Shown here in pieces: positions 48,008 through 63,198 of a stretch of 64,000 bases of DNA. Origin of the DNA: Paraspadella gotoi. Its lineage: Eukaryota; Animalia; Chaetognatha. The stretch covers positions 2,659,812-2,723,811 of the forward strand of contig CM119266.1 in assembly GCA_051294375.1 (NCBI GenBank), in the 5' to 3' direction. A model generated the notes under the pieces. The model ran no database searches. It saw only the letters and a list, made by a program, of their open reading frames with translations, and was not told the origin of the DNA. The translations under genes were made by a program, and so were the position numbers. Numbering within the stretch: position 1 is the first letter of the stretch; every line of letters begins with the position of its first letter.

Positions 48008-51000
48008 CGCCGCAATTCGGACGAAGGCGCACAGCAATGAGAACTGAGAGAAAAGAAAAGAAGTTATTTCAACTCTTATCACGTACTTCGAAAAATACGA
48101 CTCGGTCCGAATGATTTACTGCAAAATCAATCTTTTCGAAAATGTTATTCTACGTAGACATTACCCGCGATCGAGGCGTAGAGAATCATTTTATTGCCAG
48201 GACCCGTATTTTGAACCGGATACTTTATAGTTTATTCAGTTTTTTTTTTTGGGGGGGGGGCAAAAAAAAAGCGAAATAGAGTAAATCAACAGAACTCGGT
48301 TTTAACGAGGGAGATTTTCGATTGAGAGAAAGAGGGCAGGGATCGAATGAAGAATAGAGAGAGATTGCGATCGAACGGAGATCGAGAGTCGGAAATTCGG
48401 ATGGGTTTTTACGCCGAGTCGGCGTCTCGAAGGAGAAGACGAGGAGTCATTATTCTTAGAAGTGGATGAGGATGAGGAAAAGAGAGAGAAGGAAAATTTA
48501 ATCTGGCGAAAACTCGAATCTCAAGGTCTTCGTCGTCGCGTCCGGACTCAAGAATAGAAAAAAAGTTAAGGCCGACTCGGGATCTCAGTCGTGGGGATAA
48601 TCATAATGATACGCGGGAAGACGATCGAGGATTGGGGTCTCAACACGAGGCAAAGATTGAAGCCCATGGACGAGTAAGGGAATGGCTCGTGAAGCCGTTA
48701 ATGGCTAAACGTTAAGAACAACATATCACTGCTTCTCAAACATAGGTTCAGTTAAAAGAACTGAATTCTTACGACAAAACTATACGTATGTATTATAAAA
48801 GCTTCGTAGCACTGGTCAGAGGTTAATTTCAGTACAAGAAACCGAGATATATGGTTTGGTTAAATACCGATTTGTAAAAAATCTGCTTAAAATCTTAAGG
48901 TTGGTGTCGAAAAATTATTAACTAAAAAGCTTGCACTTAAATTAGGATATAAACGCTTCTGCTGGGGGAAAGTGACACGTTTGTTTGTTGTGTCAATTAG
49001 AACCCGCATGTAAAGTTTGCACGCTTTCGGAATTTACGCGAATTAACCTTATCGGACCGAGCCAAAGATTTCCGCAAACTTTGATGACTCATCAAATGGC
49101 ATGAATGACTACTTGGTACAAGTCATTCTCGAAGTTCCAGTGGGTGATTTTTGAATATTTTCTTTATTAATGAATTCCCAATCCCTCTTTTTATCCAGCC
49201 AATCGTTAGCGATAACAATCAATTTTAAAATTGTTTCAAGATAAGATATATTTGTCTTTCATAAAAACACTGACTTCCCCTTCCCAAATTGAATTATTAG
49301 ATAAAAAAAAAAAAAAAATTTAAAAAAGAAAGCAATATATGTTTGAATAAATAATATAAATTAAATACTAAATCCTTCATAAAAATATTAAAATATTAAA
49401 ATAGAAAAATAAAAAATAGTGAAACAAGTAATTTGCAAATTTTCATAAAATTTGATTTTGGAGAGTAAAGTTAAAATACTAATTTTTATAGGTATAAGGT
49501 GAAAGGAACAAATAAACAAAGACAACCCACTTCCGAGTTCGGGTTATAACCTGTTTTTCTTCCTCTCAAATGAAAATACTTAGAAATAGAAGAGGCAAGT
49601 GTAACCGGACCAGATAAAAATTACCTCCTGGATTGGAAATATAACCCCGACCTCGAGTCGAGATACAGGAGTTATAGCAAATTACCATCCAACAGCTAAC
49701 GAATAAAACGGGTGACCTCACATTAGGAATGACTTATCCGCCAAAACCCCAAATCAAATATAAAATATGCATGAAAATTACCCGATTATGATTGACGAAA
49801 ATAGCCAAGGAACTTTTTTTTGACGAGGAAAAGAGCAACCAAAACGAAATCAACAATTGGCGAAAATGGGGTAAACGATAATTTTTTTGTGTCGAAAAGT
49901 TTTTTAAGAGATTCGTCTCTTGGTTAGAGAACGGTGAAGAGTGCACCTTGGGCTAAGGGATTTGAGTATCGGTTTAAAAATCAAGTGAAAGATACGAAAC
50001 GCGAAAAGCCAAATCGTCCGCGGGTCTGTTACGCAGGCTCGAGGCCAAACGCGCGCTCATTTTGAGCTTGCGAATTTGAAAAAAAGTACCCTCGCTCTTG
50101 GGCTACGAATCGGTTTATAAATGAGATATCGGCGATCGGTTGCAATTCGTTTAACGGTAAAACCCATAATTCATTGTTATTTACTGACAGAGCGAATAAC
50201 TGTTAAAACTTGTAAATGGTTTTATAAGTTGAAAATGTTTCATAAAACCGGAATATGACTAATAAACTTGCTTATAAACTAATTATTCGGCTCAATAGTC
50301 CATACCTACCAAGTTACGAAAGTAATTTCCTTCATTTATGATTTCAGATTTGTCTTACAGTTATAAAAAAGGTTTAATTATTTATTAGCATTCAATCGAC
50401 TGACTAGTAACTGTAATTGAAACTCCTACAAAATCAATTACCAATCAAATCTTTCTTTATTACGCTCTAATTATATTTGCAAAATTGGTCATTTCCCCAG
50501 ATCATTTCCCAAAACTCGACCCGTCTAAAAATTCCACAAAATCATGACAAATTCATTCATTCATTCGTTCGCTCCAACCTCATAAAATTAAAACGGTTCA
50601 TCCACTTATTTTCTCACGGTCTCTACCTTTTACATCTGACTCATACTTCGCACACCACAGTTGTAGCACCTGAGGTAGCGAAAAGGACAAATGATTATCA
50701 TATGAGTCAAGTTCGCTCCGCAATCCTTTCACTCTGATCAATGATCATTACTGTCATGTTTCAAACTTACGTTCAAATTTAGTTTAATATATCGAAAATG
50801 AAGTATTAAGCCCAATACGCTTAGAAAGGGCTAGTATCTGATCATTGCATAATATCCCCAAATTTATAACCGAGTCAATGACCGGTTATGACTAATTCTA
50901 TTATGCAGGAAAGCTGTCCGACGAGAAATTTGCACGGAGAATCATCATGTATAGAACAGAATGTAGCGGCCTTAACGACATATATATTTAAAAAAACAAA

Positions 51001-54000
51001 AGTTAAAATATTATTACCTAATTACTCTAACCTTAACCCCGGTCGGCGAAAGTAAAATTATGGTAACTTTAATATTAAACGACCGCAACCAACCTTAGCT
51101 TCCCGCGGTCGATAATTTATTAATCCATTAAATTTTGTTTTCCCTCTAATGTGGAGTCTCAGTTTGCGCAGTAATACACACTTTTTTTGCGCAGTTATAC
51201 AAATTACGTATTATTAGATTGAATAATTATTTTAAATTTATTTTAATTGCTTTTGTATATTATATTTTTTAAACGGTTAACAATATTTTTTTCATAATTT
51301 GATATTTTTAGATGATTTAAATGACTGAGCGATCAAACTAAAGTGGCAACTCATGAACAGAAAAAGGGGACTTAGGAATCAGTTCTGAATAAGCATAACT
51401 ATTCAGGATAATAGTTTCGTACATGGTGATAATTTTAAAACCGCTACTAGAAAAATGCTTCCATTTGCAAACCAGTGCTTATTTCATAAATTTTAAAAAT
51501 TAGTTTCGTAAAAAAATACCAAAATCAATTATGTATATAAATTTTATATTGATCAGTTAAGATATGCCTTGATAATGAGAGGAGAATGTAAAGTCCAGAC
51601 GACCGTAACCCAGATGCTCTTTTTGTCTCCCGGTTAAGAGAGATATTGACTTTCGGCTCACTGTCCATTTCTTGTGATCATTCGGGATTCGACATTTGGA
51701 TCACTTTTCAGGCTAAATAGATGTTTGAACAGCTTCTGTGCTTTTACATAATTACTCCGTGTTTTTTCTGCGATCACTTGTGTTCTGTTATTTTTATTTA
51801 TTGTTAGTAGTATTATTTTATTATTATTGTCTGTATGAATATCTATATGCTTTATTTTATTAAGGTACCCATTAATATCAAGACTCCAAGTGGATAAGAA
51901 ACTTATAATATAAACTTTACGGCGCCAGCGGTCCCGGTCTTTAGTCCAGTTTCTCTCCCGACGTCTTCTCCCTCTCCGCTAGGTCGAGGAGGGGGTTCTT
52001 TCAAGAAAGTTAGCTTTGAAAATGAGCTTTCATTTTCCAACTTATTATTTTTAATTTTTTTCTTTTTTTAACTTTTAATATTTTTGTAAAAAACAAATTA
52101 ATTAAAATATTATCAATGTTAATATTTGGTAAAAGCCCTTAAAAATATAAAAAGATTGATATACTTAGGGGCCCAACTTGTTAGAGGTTTCATATTTAAG
52201 TCAAATCAAGGCCCCTTTATTGGTAATGTCCCAACTGTTTCAGGGTTATAGTCCATTTCACTTTTAATGGGGCCCTGTGGCCCTGTCCACTAGGGTGGAG
52301 TGATGAAATGTTTGAGCGATGGAACAATGTTTTTTTGCTGCCTTTGTATATGTAATAAAAAATAATAAAGCCATTTTTCAAAAAAAAATTGCATAACAGT
52401 ATCATTAATTGAATTTTTTTTATAGTAATATCCTTATAAAATCATAAAATTTCTAAATCATATTTTTTTAATTTTAAGAACAGTTTCGGATTCGCCGGAA
52501 AAAACTGAAAAACTTTTGTAAAATATGTTACATGATATTTTTAAGTTAAAGCTGCGAAAAATGACCAAAACGTATCATCATACAATAGTTTCTAATACAA
52601 AGCATGAAAAAGTGGAGAATTTGACCTTTTTTTGCATTTTTGACGCTGAAGACATTAAAATTTTTAATAACATATTTTATATTTTTGATCTAACTTTTTA
52701 TGAAGAATCAGAATCTTTAATAAAAATTTTAAAAAAAATTATTTTGAAAATTTATGATTTTATAAGGATATTACTATAAATATATTGTAATTAATGATAC
52801 TGTTCCCAAAACAATATAAGCGAAATATTTTTTGTACTCCTTAATCATACTATCTCACGTCTAAATATCCATGTTTGTTCACTCAAATAAAATTTATGTT
52901 CCCCAGTGCTCCACTCTACTGTCCACAGCCCCTAATTTTCAAGCCAGAAAGTCGGTAATCGAAGACTAAAAAAAAAAATTATGGAGAGCGGGGGAGACCT
53001 GGCCAGGGGGCCAGTGGAGGGGCCCGCCATTTCTCTCGGCGCCTCTGGTTATGACAATCCAGGATTACTCATATCACGCTTCAATTTATTTTTTTTTCCC
53101 CGTTGGTAAGAAAACCTGTCAGACAACATCATTACAAACCGGTCAACACGATCCAATAAACATTCTGCCCAACCTGAAAATTCTTAGCTTCGTTCCAGAG
53201 GCCAAACTGACAATAACGATCCCGTGTCACAAAGCTTTCGCATTGCCTTCTTCTTTTTTCTGCCTTTAATCTTCTTTTTTGTAATTTTAGTTTCAATTTT
53301 GGTTTTGACGAGAAACTCGACTGATCTTTTGTTTCTTTTTAATTTGATTCTTTTTCGTCGTCGAGAATCCCGCGCCTTTTTTCCTTTTCTTCTTCCTCTT
53401 CCTTCTCTCTATCGTTATATTTCTCTTCCTCCTCTTCGTTACGATTCCTCCTCTTCTCCTCGCCTTCCGGGTAAAAGGAAAATCTCGTGATGGAACCGAA
53501 AGAGTAAATCCTTGCATATGGCCTCATGGAAACCAAAGTATGGGGCACCATCGACTCCTTTTCCTCTCTTTCTTCCCGCATCTGTGAAAAACCAAAGAGG
53601 CGCGCGCGGAGCACAACCTTTCTTCGATGTCGATATTTTTAGCGGATGTTAGGACCCGCCTGTCCATCCTCCTAAAACGCCGCCGAGAATATTCGAGGAA
53701 TATTTGAGGAAACTCCTCCCCGGCGAGACGCTTCGGTAGTCCAGAGATGCTTCAAAGGCATGATTTCGACGATCAAATAGTCTCTCTTTATTTCTCTCAG
53801 TTTATGAAGAGTTTAAAAAGGGTACCTTAATAAAATAATCAAAGCATATAGATATTCAAACAGTACAATGAAGAATAATTATCAAAATCATTATTTAAAC
53901 ACTCAAAAGAATGACAAAAATCAGTATAAATTCAGAAACCAATTAATAAACCAAAGCACGAATGATGAAATGATCCAAAGTTCGAACTCAGATATCACGA

Positions 54001-54225
54001 TTCGCGAGTCTTTGGATCTAACACGGACTTCGCGTGCAGGCCGACCCGCGGGGAACCGCCCGTTGCCCATTTTGTACTTAATTTTTTGGCAGCGGTCGTC
54101 AATGTGCGAGTTTGAGTTAGTTCTCATGTGCGATATAATTGTTCATTGATTAATATATGCTAACATTGTCTCTTTAAACCAAGTTTCAAGTAACTTGTTT
54201 TCTGCATTAGTAATTGCCTCTCTAA

Positions 54226-56046
<1,821 letters not shown>

Positions 56047-56345
56047 GCGCTTAACAAACTTGCGACGTGCGTTTATTTTTCCTGTGAACATTCCTCGTGA
56101 TCTTTTATTTTTTCGGAAACTGAAATTCGACCAAACAAACTTTTCGCGTGTCGAGACGAAAGCAAACTGTGAAGTATATTTCGTGAGATTACTGTTTATT
56201 TGGTCTCATTTTACAATCGTTATACTTAGGTTTAAATCTCTTTTACAGATAGCATTAGGGAAGAAAACTTTTGACGGAAGGAAGGAACTCTGCTTCGTTA
56301 CACTGTCAATGTTGCTATCTTTTACTGACTCTCGAAATCGAAATA

Positions 56346-59300
56346 ATGAAGATCGCCATCGAGGGTTGTTGTCACGGAGAATTGGACAAAATATACGAAA
56401 CGATCGAATACATTCAAAAAGAGCAGAGATTCAAGATCGATTTGTTGATCGTTTGCGGAGATTTTCAGTCCGTGCGTAATCAGTCGGATCTACAGTCGAT
56501 GGCAGTTCCTCCCAAATATCGCGAGGTAAGTCTTTAGTCGGGCTGAAAATAAGTTCACCCCGCTTATAAGCATGACACCTTTAGTCTTTGAGTTTTACCA
56601 CGAGTTATACCATCAGCTCATGACCATCTAGTACTGGGATCAATCCCTAATTGTACTTACCCTGTAGGAAGCCTGAGCACGGCCGTAAAGGAGCCTTGGG
56701 GGCTGGCTACTATGATACTATACTATACTATACTAGTATGATACTATATACTATACTTCAGATGTAAACTAATTTAAAGAAACACGGTTTTTCGGGTTTC
56801 AATTAAAGTATTATTATTTTTATTATTATTATAATTATTTCATTCTCGTTAGATGGGTACCTTTTACAAGTATTATTCCGGCGAGAAAAAAGCTCCGGTG
56901 TTAACCGTATTCATCGGAGGCAACCACGAAGCCACCTCTTACCTCGCCGAACTTCCCTATGGCGGATGGGCGGCGCCCAACATCTATTACATGGGCTACG
57001 CCTCTGTCTTACAGTTCAACGGCATTAGGATAGCGGGTGAGGAGAGGTTTTCAGTGATGTTTTAAATCTGGTTTTCATATCATTTTGTTTATTATAAACA
57101 ACTTTTAGCTGCGCTCTTTTGTTGAATTTAATTTTACGATTTTGAGACAGTTAATTCCTTGGTAAATTTGCCCTCTCTAGGTCTCTCCGGGATCTACAAA
57201 GGTCATGACTACATCAAGGGTCACTTCGAGACGCCTCCATACACGGACGAGACGATACGCAGCGCCTATCACGTCCGCAACCTCGAAGTCTTCCGCCTCA
57301 AACAGATCGCCAAACCCCTCGACATCGTCGTCTCTCACGATTGGCCGCGCGGGATCTACTATCACGGGAACCACGAGGCGCTCGTCCGCCGCAAATCTTT
57401 TTTCGCTAAAGAGGTGGAGGATAACACCCTCGGAAGCCCCGTACTCGAAGATCTCTTGCTCGACCTCCGTCCTTCCTTCTGGTTCGCGGCGCATCTTCAC
57501 GTCAAGTTCGCCGCCGTCGTCGCCCACGAATCTCCGGCCGTCCGCAATCGACGCGTCGTCCTCCAAAAGTCGCCCTCCTCCGGCAAGGGACACGTCAAGA
57601 CTAAATTCCTCGCCCTCGACAAGTGCCTCCCGCGAAGACAATTCCTGCAGGTGATCGACGTTGAGTCGCCGTCTACGTTCAATGCCTCGTCGGACGCGGC
57701 GGGGCGCTTGTGCCTCGACCCGGAGTGGCTCTGCATCCTCAAGTCGACGGACCATTTGCTCAACGTGACTCCGACGACCTCCTTCATGCCGAGCAAGACC
57801 GGGACCGACGGAGAGAGATTCGACTTTGCTCCCACCGAACAAGAGATCGAGGAAATCTTCGAGGATTTTGGCGGAGACCTGAAGATTCCGGAGAACTTCG
57901 AACCTACCGTCGAGGCCTACGACCCGCGATCGGCGAGCGTCGTTAGAAACGTGGGTCTTGGAGCATTTTGAAAAGTGTTTTATTTTAATTATTAAGATCA
58001 TTAATTTCTGATTTAATATAGAGTTCTTGAAAAGGTTTCGCCTCCGGAACTCCGAGCCAACGCCCAAACGGGCCTCATCTGCGCAATGCTGGGGATCCGT
58101 GACGTCACGGCGGAAGCGGCCAAGCTCTCAGGACAAACGTCAGCGGGCACCGAAGTCACCGTCGACGCCGCCTTGCAAAGTCAGACATCGACGGCATCCT
58201 CTTTGTGCTTCTTCTGACTATTCTCTCTATGTTGTATCTTTATTTTCGAAGGCTCCAACAAATCTAGCGACGACGTCGATGAGGATTCCGGCTCCGAAGA
58301 AGAACGCCTTCTCTTGGCAGCTCTGCAAAGCCGACGCCAGAAGGAGCCGACGACGGACGAGGAGACAGTCGAAGACAAAGGCGGAGAGGCAGAAGGCGGC
58401 CCCTCGGCCGAGTTTCCCACTTTCATCAACGATTCCTTGATGGACGACGATGACGACGACGATGACGTTAAAGTGACAGTCTCCAGTAAGGCGTAGTGAA
58501 AGTTGCAGTTCAAAATTTGAATAGTTGATAATGAACTGTCTTGTACTAAAGAACATTGATATATAAAAATCTTTTTTTTTTAAATTTCTCAATTTTCGCA
58601 TTAGCCCAAACATACATGTATATACAGGAAGGTCCTGCTCTAATGGGACTAACTTCAAGTGCTTACAGCACAAAAACGGTTTATGATAGAAGAAAAAAGG
58701 GATTATATCTGGAAACTAGGTTCAATTCTCTTTCGATCGATATCAAAAACGTCTGAAAAATCCAACAGTAACTACTGTAATTCAAGCTTTTTGCGTAACA
58801 TGTCAAAATTCTTCGCGCTGCTTCCTTACAAAATTTAGGGAAATTTTGGCGAAAATCAAGATGAAGGATAATGACTTCTGACTTTTGGCCGGGCAGATTT
58901 TCGGACTTCAAATCCCATGATTAATGAAAATGTAGGATACAGAAGCAGAATGACATACGCATCCCCTCTAGAACTGTCGACCTTCTGATAGAAACCTAGC
59001 GATAGAAATGACAGCATTCCCAACGGGCGCGGTCCTAAAAGCTTTCTTCGAGTAATTAGAGAAGGTCATGGTTACCGAAAGTGAATTTTTTTAATTGATT
59101 GTCTCGTTGACGTTTAGTCAAATAACGAGGGTAAATAATAAGTGGCAAAGTATTTGGTTGACAATAGTTTTATTAATGACGGACAATGATTAGGGTGATG
59201 ACATAGGTAACGATGACACGATGACAAAGGTTAAGACAATATTAAACGGTTCAATAATTTTGACCATCAATCCCTCCGTCGGTTCCTCTGTCGGTCATTG

Positions 59301-60807
59301 GTCAATCTAAGGTTGACGTAAGGTCTGTGATTCGTCGGCCTTATCCACATATTTTTTATACTAAAATTTTATTATAGGTTAACTATAACAGTTTTTTTAT
59401 ATGAACCCACTTAATGAAATAATTTTCTAAAGTGTTTTCCTTTTATCAATTTTTCGTGAGGAATTCGAATCTGCTTTCAAAAAAAAGCAAAAACCATTTT
59501 AAATTTTGATATTTTTTATTGTGAGTATTATGTATAAATATGGGCTAATACAAATATTGAAAAATTAAAAAAAATGTTTTTTATTTAATTAAAAATGTTC
59601 ACAGGTACAAGCCTTAATGATATTCGAATTTTGATTCTACTTGATATTAATATTTTTGCTATGCTTTAGTCTCCAGTAATGCTTGTACTATTAAACACAA
59701 TGCCACTTTGAGATCGAACTTTCTCCTTTGACTTTGCAGAACCCGTCGCCGGTGTCGTCGTTCCCCAAAGTCAATCGACAGAACCTCTTACTAGTTCCAT
59801 CGGTAAGATTTTTCATCTTTTTCATTTTTATTAAATTTCGCGTCTTCACCCATTTCTTCTTTTAAATACTTCCTTTGTAGTCGGACATTGCCTAGGTTCA
59901 CCCCGCCTATAAGCATGATACTTTCAGTTGTTACCCGTTGGCTCATTGCGTAAAGCCATCAGCTCATGACCACTAGGTACCAGGTTCAATCCCAACCCGG
60001 TACATACGCTGCGGGTAGCGTGAGGACGGCCGTAATCAATGTCAATGGGGTGGGTCAGAAGTATGATTTGGGCACCTTCCCAAATGAAACTTCATACATT
60101 TCTAAGAAAACTTTCAATGGACCAAAATTTTCTAAAATGGCTAGAAGCACTAGTAATTAATTTTTTTTTAGATAGGAAATGTCAAAAAGATTTTTTTGAA
60201 TTTTGTATTTTTAAAAGCAGATTCAGATAGCTTATGAAAAGTTGTCTACACAAAGTATAATTCTTTTTTCAATATATTAATGATAAGTTGGTTAAAATTG
60301 GGAAAAATCTTTAAAAATCATCATCCGATGATTTTAGCAGTTTTTAATAATTTTTAGTAATTAAACATCAAAAATTTAAAAAGTTGTAATTATATTTTTT
60401 GCTCAACTTTTTGAGCTCTATCAGAATCAATTAAAAAAAACTTAAAATAAAAAAAAATTATATAGCAATATATTGCTATATAATGTCAAAAAATTTATAA
60501 TAATAATAATATTAATTAGCGAATTACTCATGGTTCGGAGCATTTTTGAAAAAAAATATTTTAACACAATAATTAATACCAATAATGGATTAGTGTAATG
60601 CCTTATCCAGTATCCACACCTTTAGACATATCCCTCACCAACCTTCCTTCTGCCGCAACTCTTACCGCGCCGTCCTCAATAGACCTCGCCGCTGGAAAGA
60701 GACCTTCGACAGGCGAGGCCGAAGCCGACTCTGCCAAGCCGACGCCCAAGAAACAATTCAAGAGAAGAAACGTCGCTCTGTATTCCGCTCTTGGCGCGGA
60801 TATTTAA
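56346..60807 (+). CDS. DBR1: RNA lariat debranching enzyme
   Basis: Exons 56346-56525, 56853-57036, 57181-57950, 58035-58179, 58252-58486, 59740-59802, 60611-60807. [35 protein letters not shown]-terminal KRRNVALY. Confidence 0.95.
56554..56756 (+). mobile_element. tRNA-derived SINE-like element with a (tatac)n tail, DBR1 intron 1
   Basis: Homologous to 59897-60035; B-box-like ggatcaatccc; simple-repeat tail. Confidence 0.6.
59897..60035 (+). mobile_element. tRNA-derived SINE-like element, DBR1 last intron
   Basis: A-box-like tggctcattgcg, B-box ggttcaatccc. Confidence 0.62.
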
Positions 60808-62079
60808 AATTACGCTGAATCTAAAATATCACTCATTGTCACTCAGTTAAAAAAAGTTTGAGGGAACCAAAAAAGGTTTTGCACGAAACCATCTTAGTCG
60901 ACGTTTTTTCATACACCCAAGCCTCAAGCGGTTTAAAGTTCCAGTTGAATATACCTCATTCTTCTCTTTTTCTTGTTCTTCTTCCGCCGTCCGTGCATTC
61001 AATTTGTTTTTTTTTATCTCGCCAGACGGAAAATGCCCGACTTGGGCGAGATATTAATTCGTTTTTGTTTCTTTTGACCGTTGGTGTCATCGTTATCGTC
61101 GTCGTTGTCATGCTGTTTTATCATTGAAAATAGCTCAAGTGTGTAACCATAGGAAGCTGAAAATTTAGATATGGCTTCTCATCATTGAGGTCTTTTAAAT
61201 TGTTATGTTTCATATTCCTATACTCAATTGTTTATTTTATTTACAAAACAATTTATATATATATATGTAGATGAGTTCAGTTCTGCAACGGCTGTCCAGC
61301 AGCTGTCAAGTTTCTCTTTTTTTTTCTTTTAATTATATGTCGCTCTCTCTTTTTTCCATTGCAGCTTCTTCTGATTCGTTTAAAAACGAGTTTGTTCTGT
61401 AAAATGATAAAATTCGTTCTGAAAATGATAAAATTTAAAAAAATTAAAATTTAGTAGATAAAATATGAAAACAAAAACTAATAAAAATACTTTAATAAAT
61501 GTATTTTTTAATTTTATACATTAGTGGGCAACAGTGATTTATATATAGTAATAAGTATATAATAGGCTAAAATTTCAAATTATAATTTTTTAAATTTTAA
61601 GATTGGATTTATATTTTTTGCAAAAAGTTGAAATAAGAAAGTATTATTTTTTTAAAAAAATTTTTTCATTAAATTGGTTAAAAATGTAAGAAATTATATT
61701 TAAAACGCTGATTTTTAATTTCTAGCTTAAAAATATATTTTTTTTATAATTTAAACTTACTTTGACATAATTTTTGAAAAAGTTTTAATTTTCTCTTATC
61801 AACTTTTAATTAAGAATCTGAATCTATTCTCAGAATTTAAAAAAAAATCATCTTATTATATAAGGGTAGTACTATATATAAAATAAGCTGACTGAGCTAC
61901 TATATTTGTAAAAAAAAATAACTACAGATTAGTATTTATTAATATAATAATTTTTAAGATATAACTGTTAAATTTTGATTTTAAACTTTCATTTCACCCT
62001 ACTGTCCAGCCACTGTCCAGTTTCTATCTTTTTCTCTCTCTCTCTCATTAATACATACATTTGTTTGTTTTTATTTACA

Positions 62080-62576
62080 ATGAATGACTATCATCGCATC
62101 AATGAATGATTATCATCGCGTCAATGAATGATTATCATCGCGTCAATGAATGATTATTATCGCGTCAATGAATGATTATCATCGCGTCAATGAATGATTA
62201 TCATCGCGTCAATGAATGATTATCATCGCGTCAATGAATGATTATCATCGCGTCAATGAATGATTATCATCGCGTCAATGAATGATTATCATCGCGTCAA
62301 TGAATGATTATCATCGCGTCAATGAATGATTATCATCGCGTCAATGAATGATTATCATCGCGTCAATCATTTGGTTATCATCGCGTTAATCATTTGGTTA
62401 TCATAGCGTTAATCATTTGGTTATCATCATATCCATCATTTGGTTATCATCGCATCCATCATTTGGTTATCATCGCATCAATCCTTTGGTTATCATCGCA
62501 TCAATCCTTTGGTTATCATCGCATCAATCCTTTGGTTATCATCGCATCAATCCTTTGGTTATCATTGCATCAATAT
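62080..62576. repeat. 22-bp tandem satellite (tatcatcgcgtcaatgaatgat, then tatcatcgcatcaatcctttgg variant)
   Basis: About 22 units in two sequence blocks. Confidence 0.9.
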
Positions 62577-62654
62577 TTGCTTTATATTAAAAAATGAGGT
62601 ACTATGGCAACGGGAGGATAGCCTGTGATACCCGGGCGCGGGGTATCTCACCAA

Positions 62655-62735
62655 CTGGCGTAGGGCTGCGGACCCTCAGTGACCGCCTCCTGTCACTGGC
62701 ATGTTTATACCGGCATCCGTCACATTTAAAGCCAG
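62655..62735 (-). ncRNA. P5-type twister ribozyme fold in the 3' LTR
   Basis: CUGGC..AUGU GA CGG..U|AA ACAU GC C[AGUGAC/GUCACU]G AGGG UCCGCAGC CCU..GCCAG. Confidence 0.7.
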
Positions 62736-63123
62736 AACCGGGATACCCAGGGATTGAACCGGGACGCACGGATGGAATGAGATGATTTAGCCTGCTCAGC
62801 CATTGAGACGAGGCTGAGGACGGACAGCAGTGAGGCAGCTTTAAGTCTTGCTGCCACAGGATCCCCCCACCAGACTTTTCCACAGGGGCCTCAATCCTGA
62901 GGAGATGTCTGAGAGAAGGTTTTGATCTCATTGCCATAGTGAAAGCGACGCGAGCGAGTCTGGAGCGTTACCAGAGAAGTAGGGCATAGGCGTGATATGC
63001 ATACCCTAAGCGACGTAAGCGTGGGCGCACGGTGCGCAGCGGTTGCGTGTTCGAGAGTAGGGCTCACCACTTATGGCAACGGGAGATAGCCTGTGATACC
63101 CGGGGCGCGGGGTATCTCACCAA

Positions 63124-63198
63124 CTGGTGTAGGGGCTGCGGACCCTCAGTGACCGCCTCCTGTCATGGCATGTTTATACCGGCACCGTCACAGAACAG
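63124..63198 (-). ncRNA. P5-type twister ribozyme fold in the 5' LTR
   Basis: Same core with perfect P4 AGGG/CCCU; small deletions in P3 and P5 relative to the other LTR. Confidence 0.6.

Noticed and set aside
62080-62576. CRISPR-like array
   Set aside because: Head-to-tail satellite with no unique spacers, eukaryotic context, no cas genes; the same applies to 1-185, 18085-18252 and 30670-30830
62602-62937. 111-aa and 62-63 aa ORFs in the TRIM
   Set aside because: No gag/pol motifs, and the frames are not conserved between the two LTRs
62810-62950. Hammerhead cores CUGAGGA in the TRIM
   Set aside because: No correctly placed GAAA or stems
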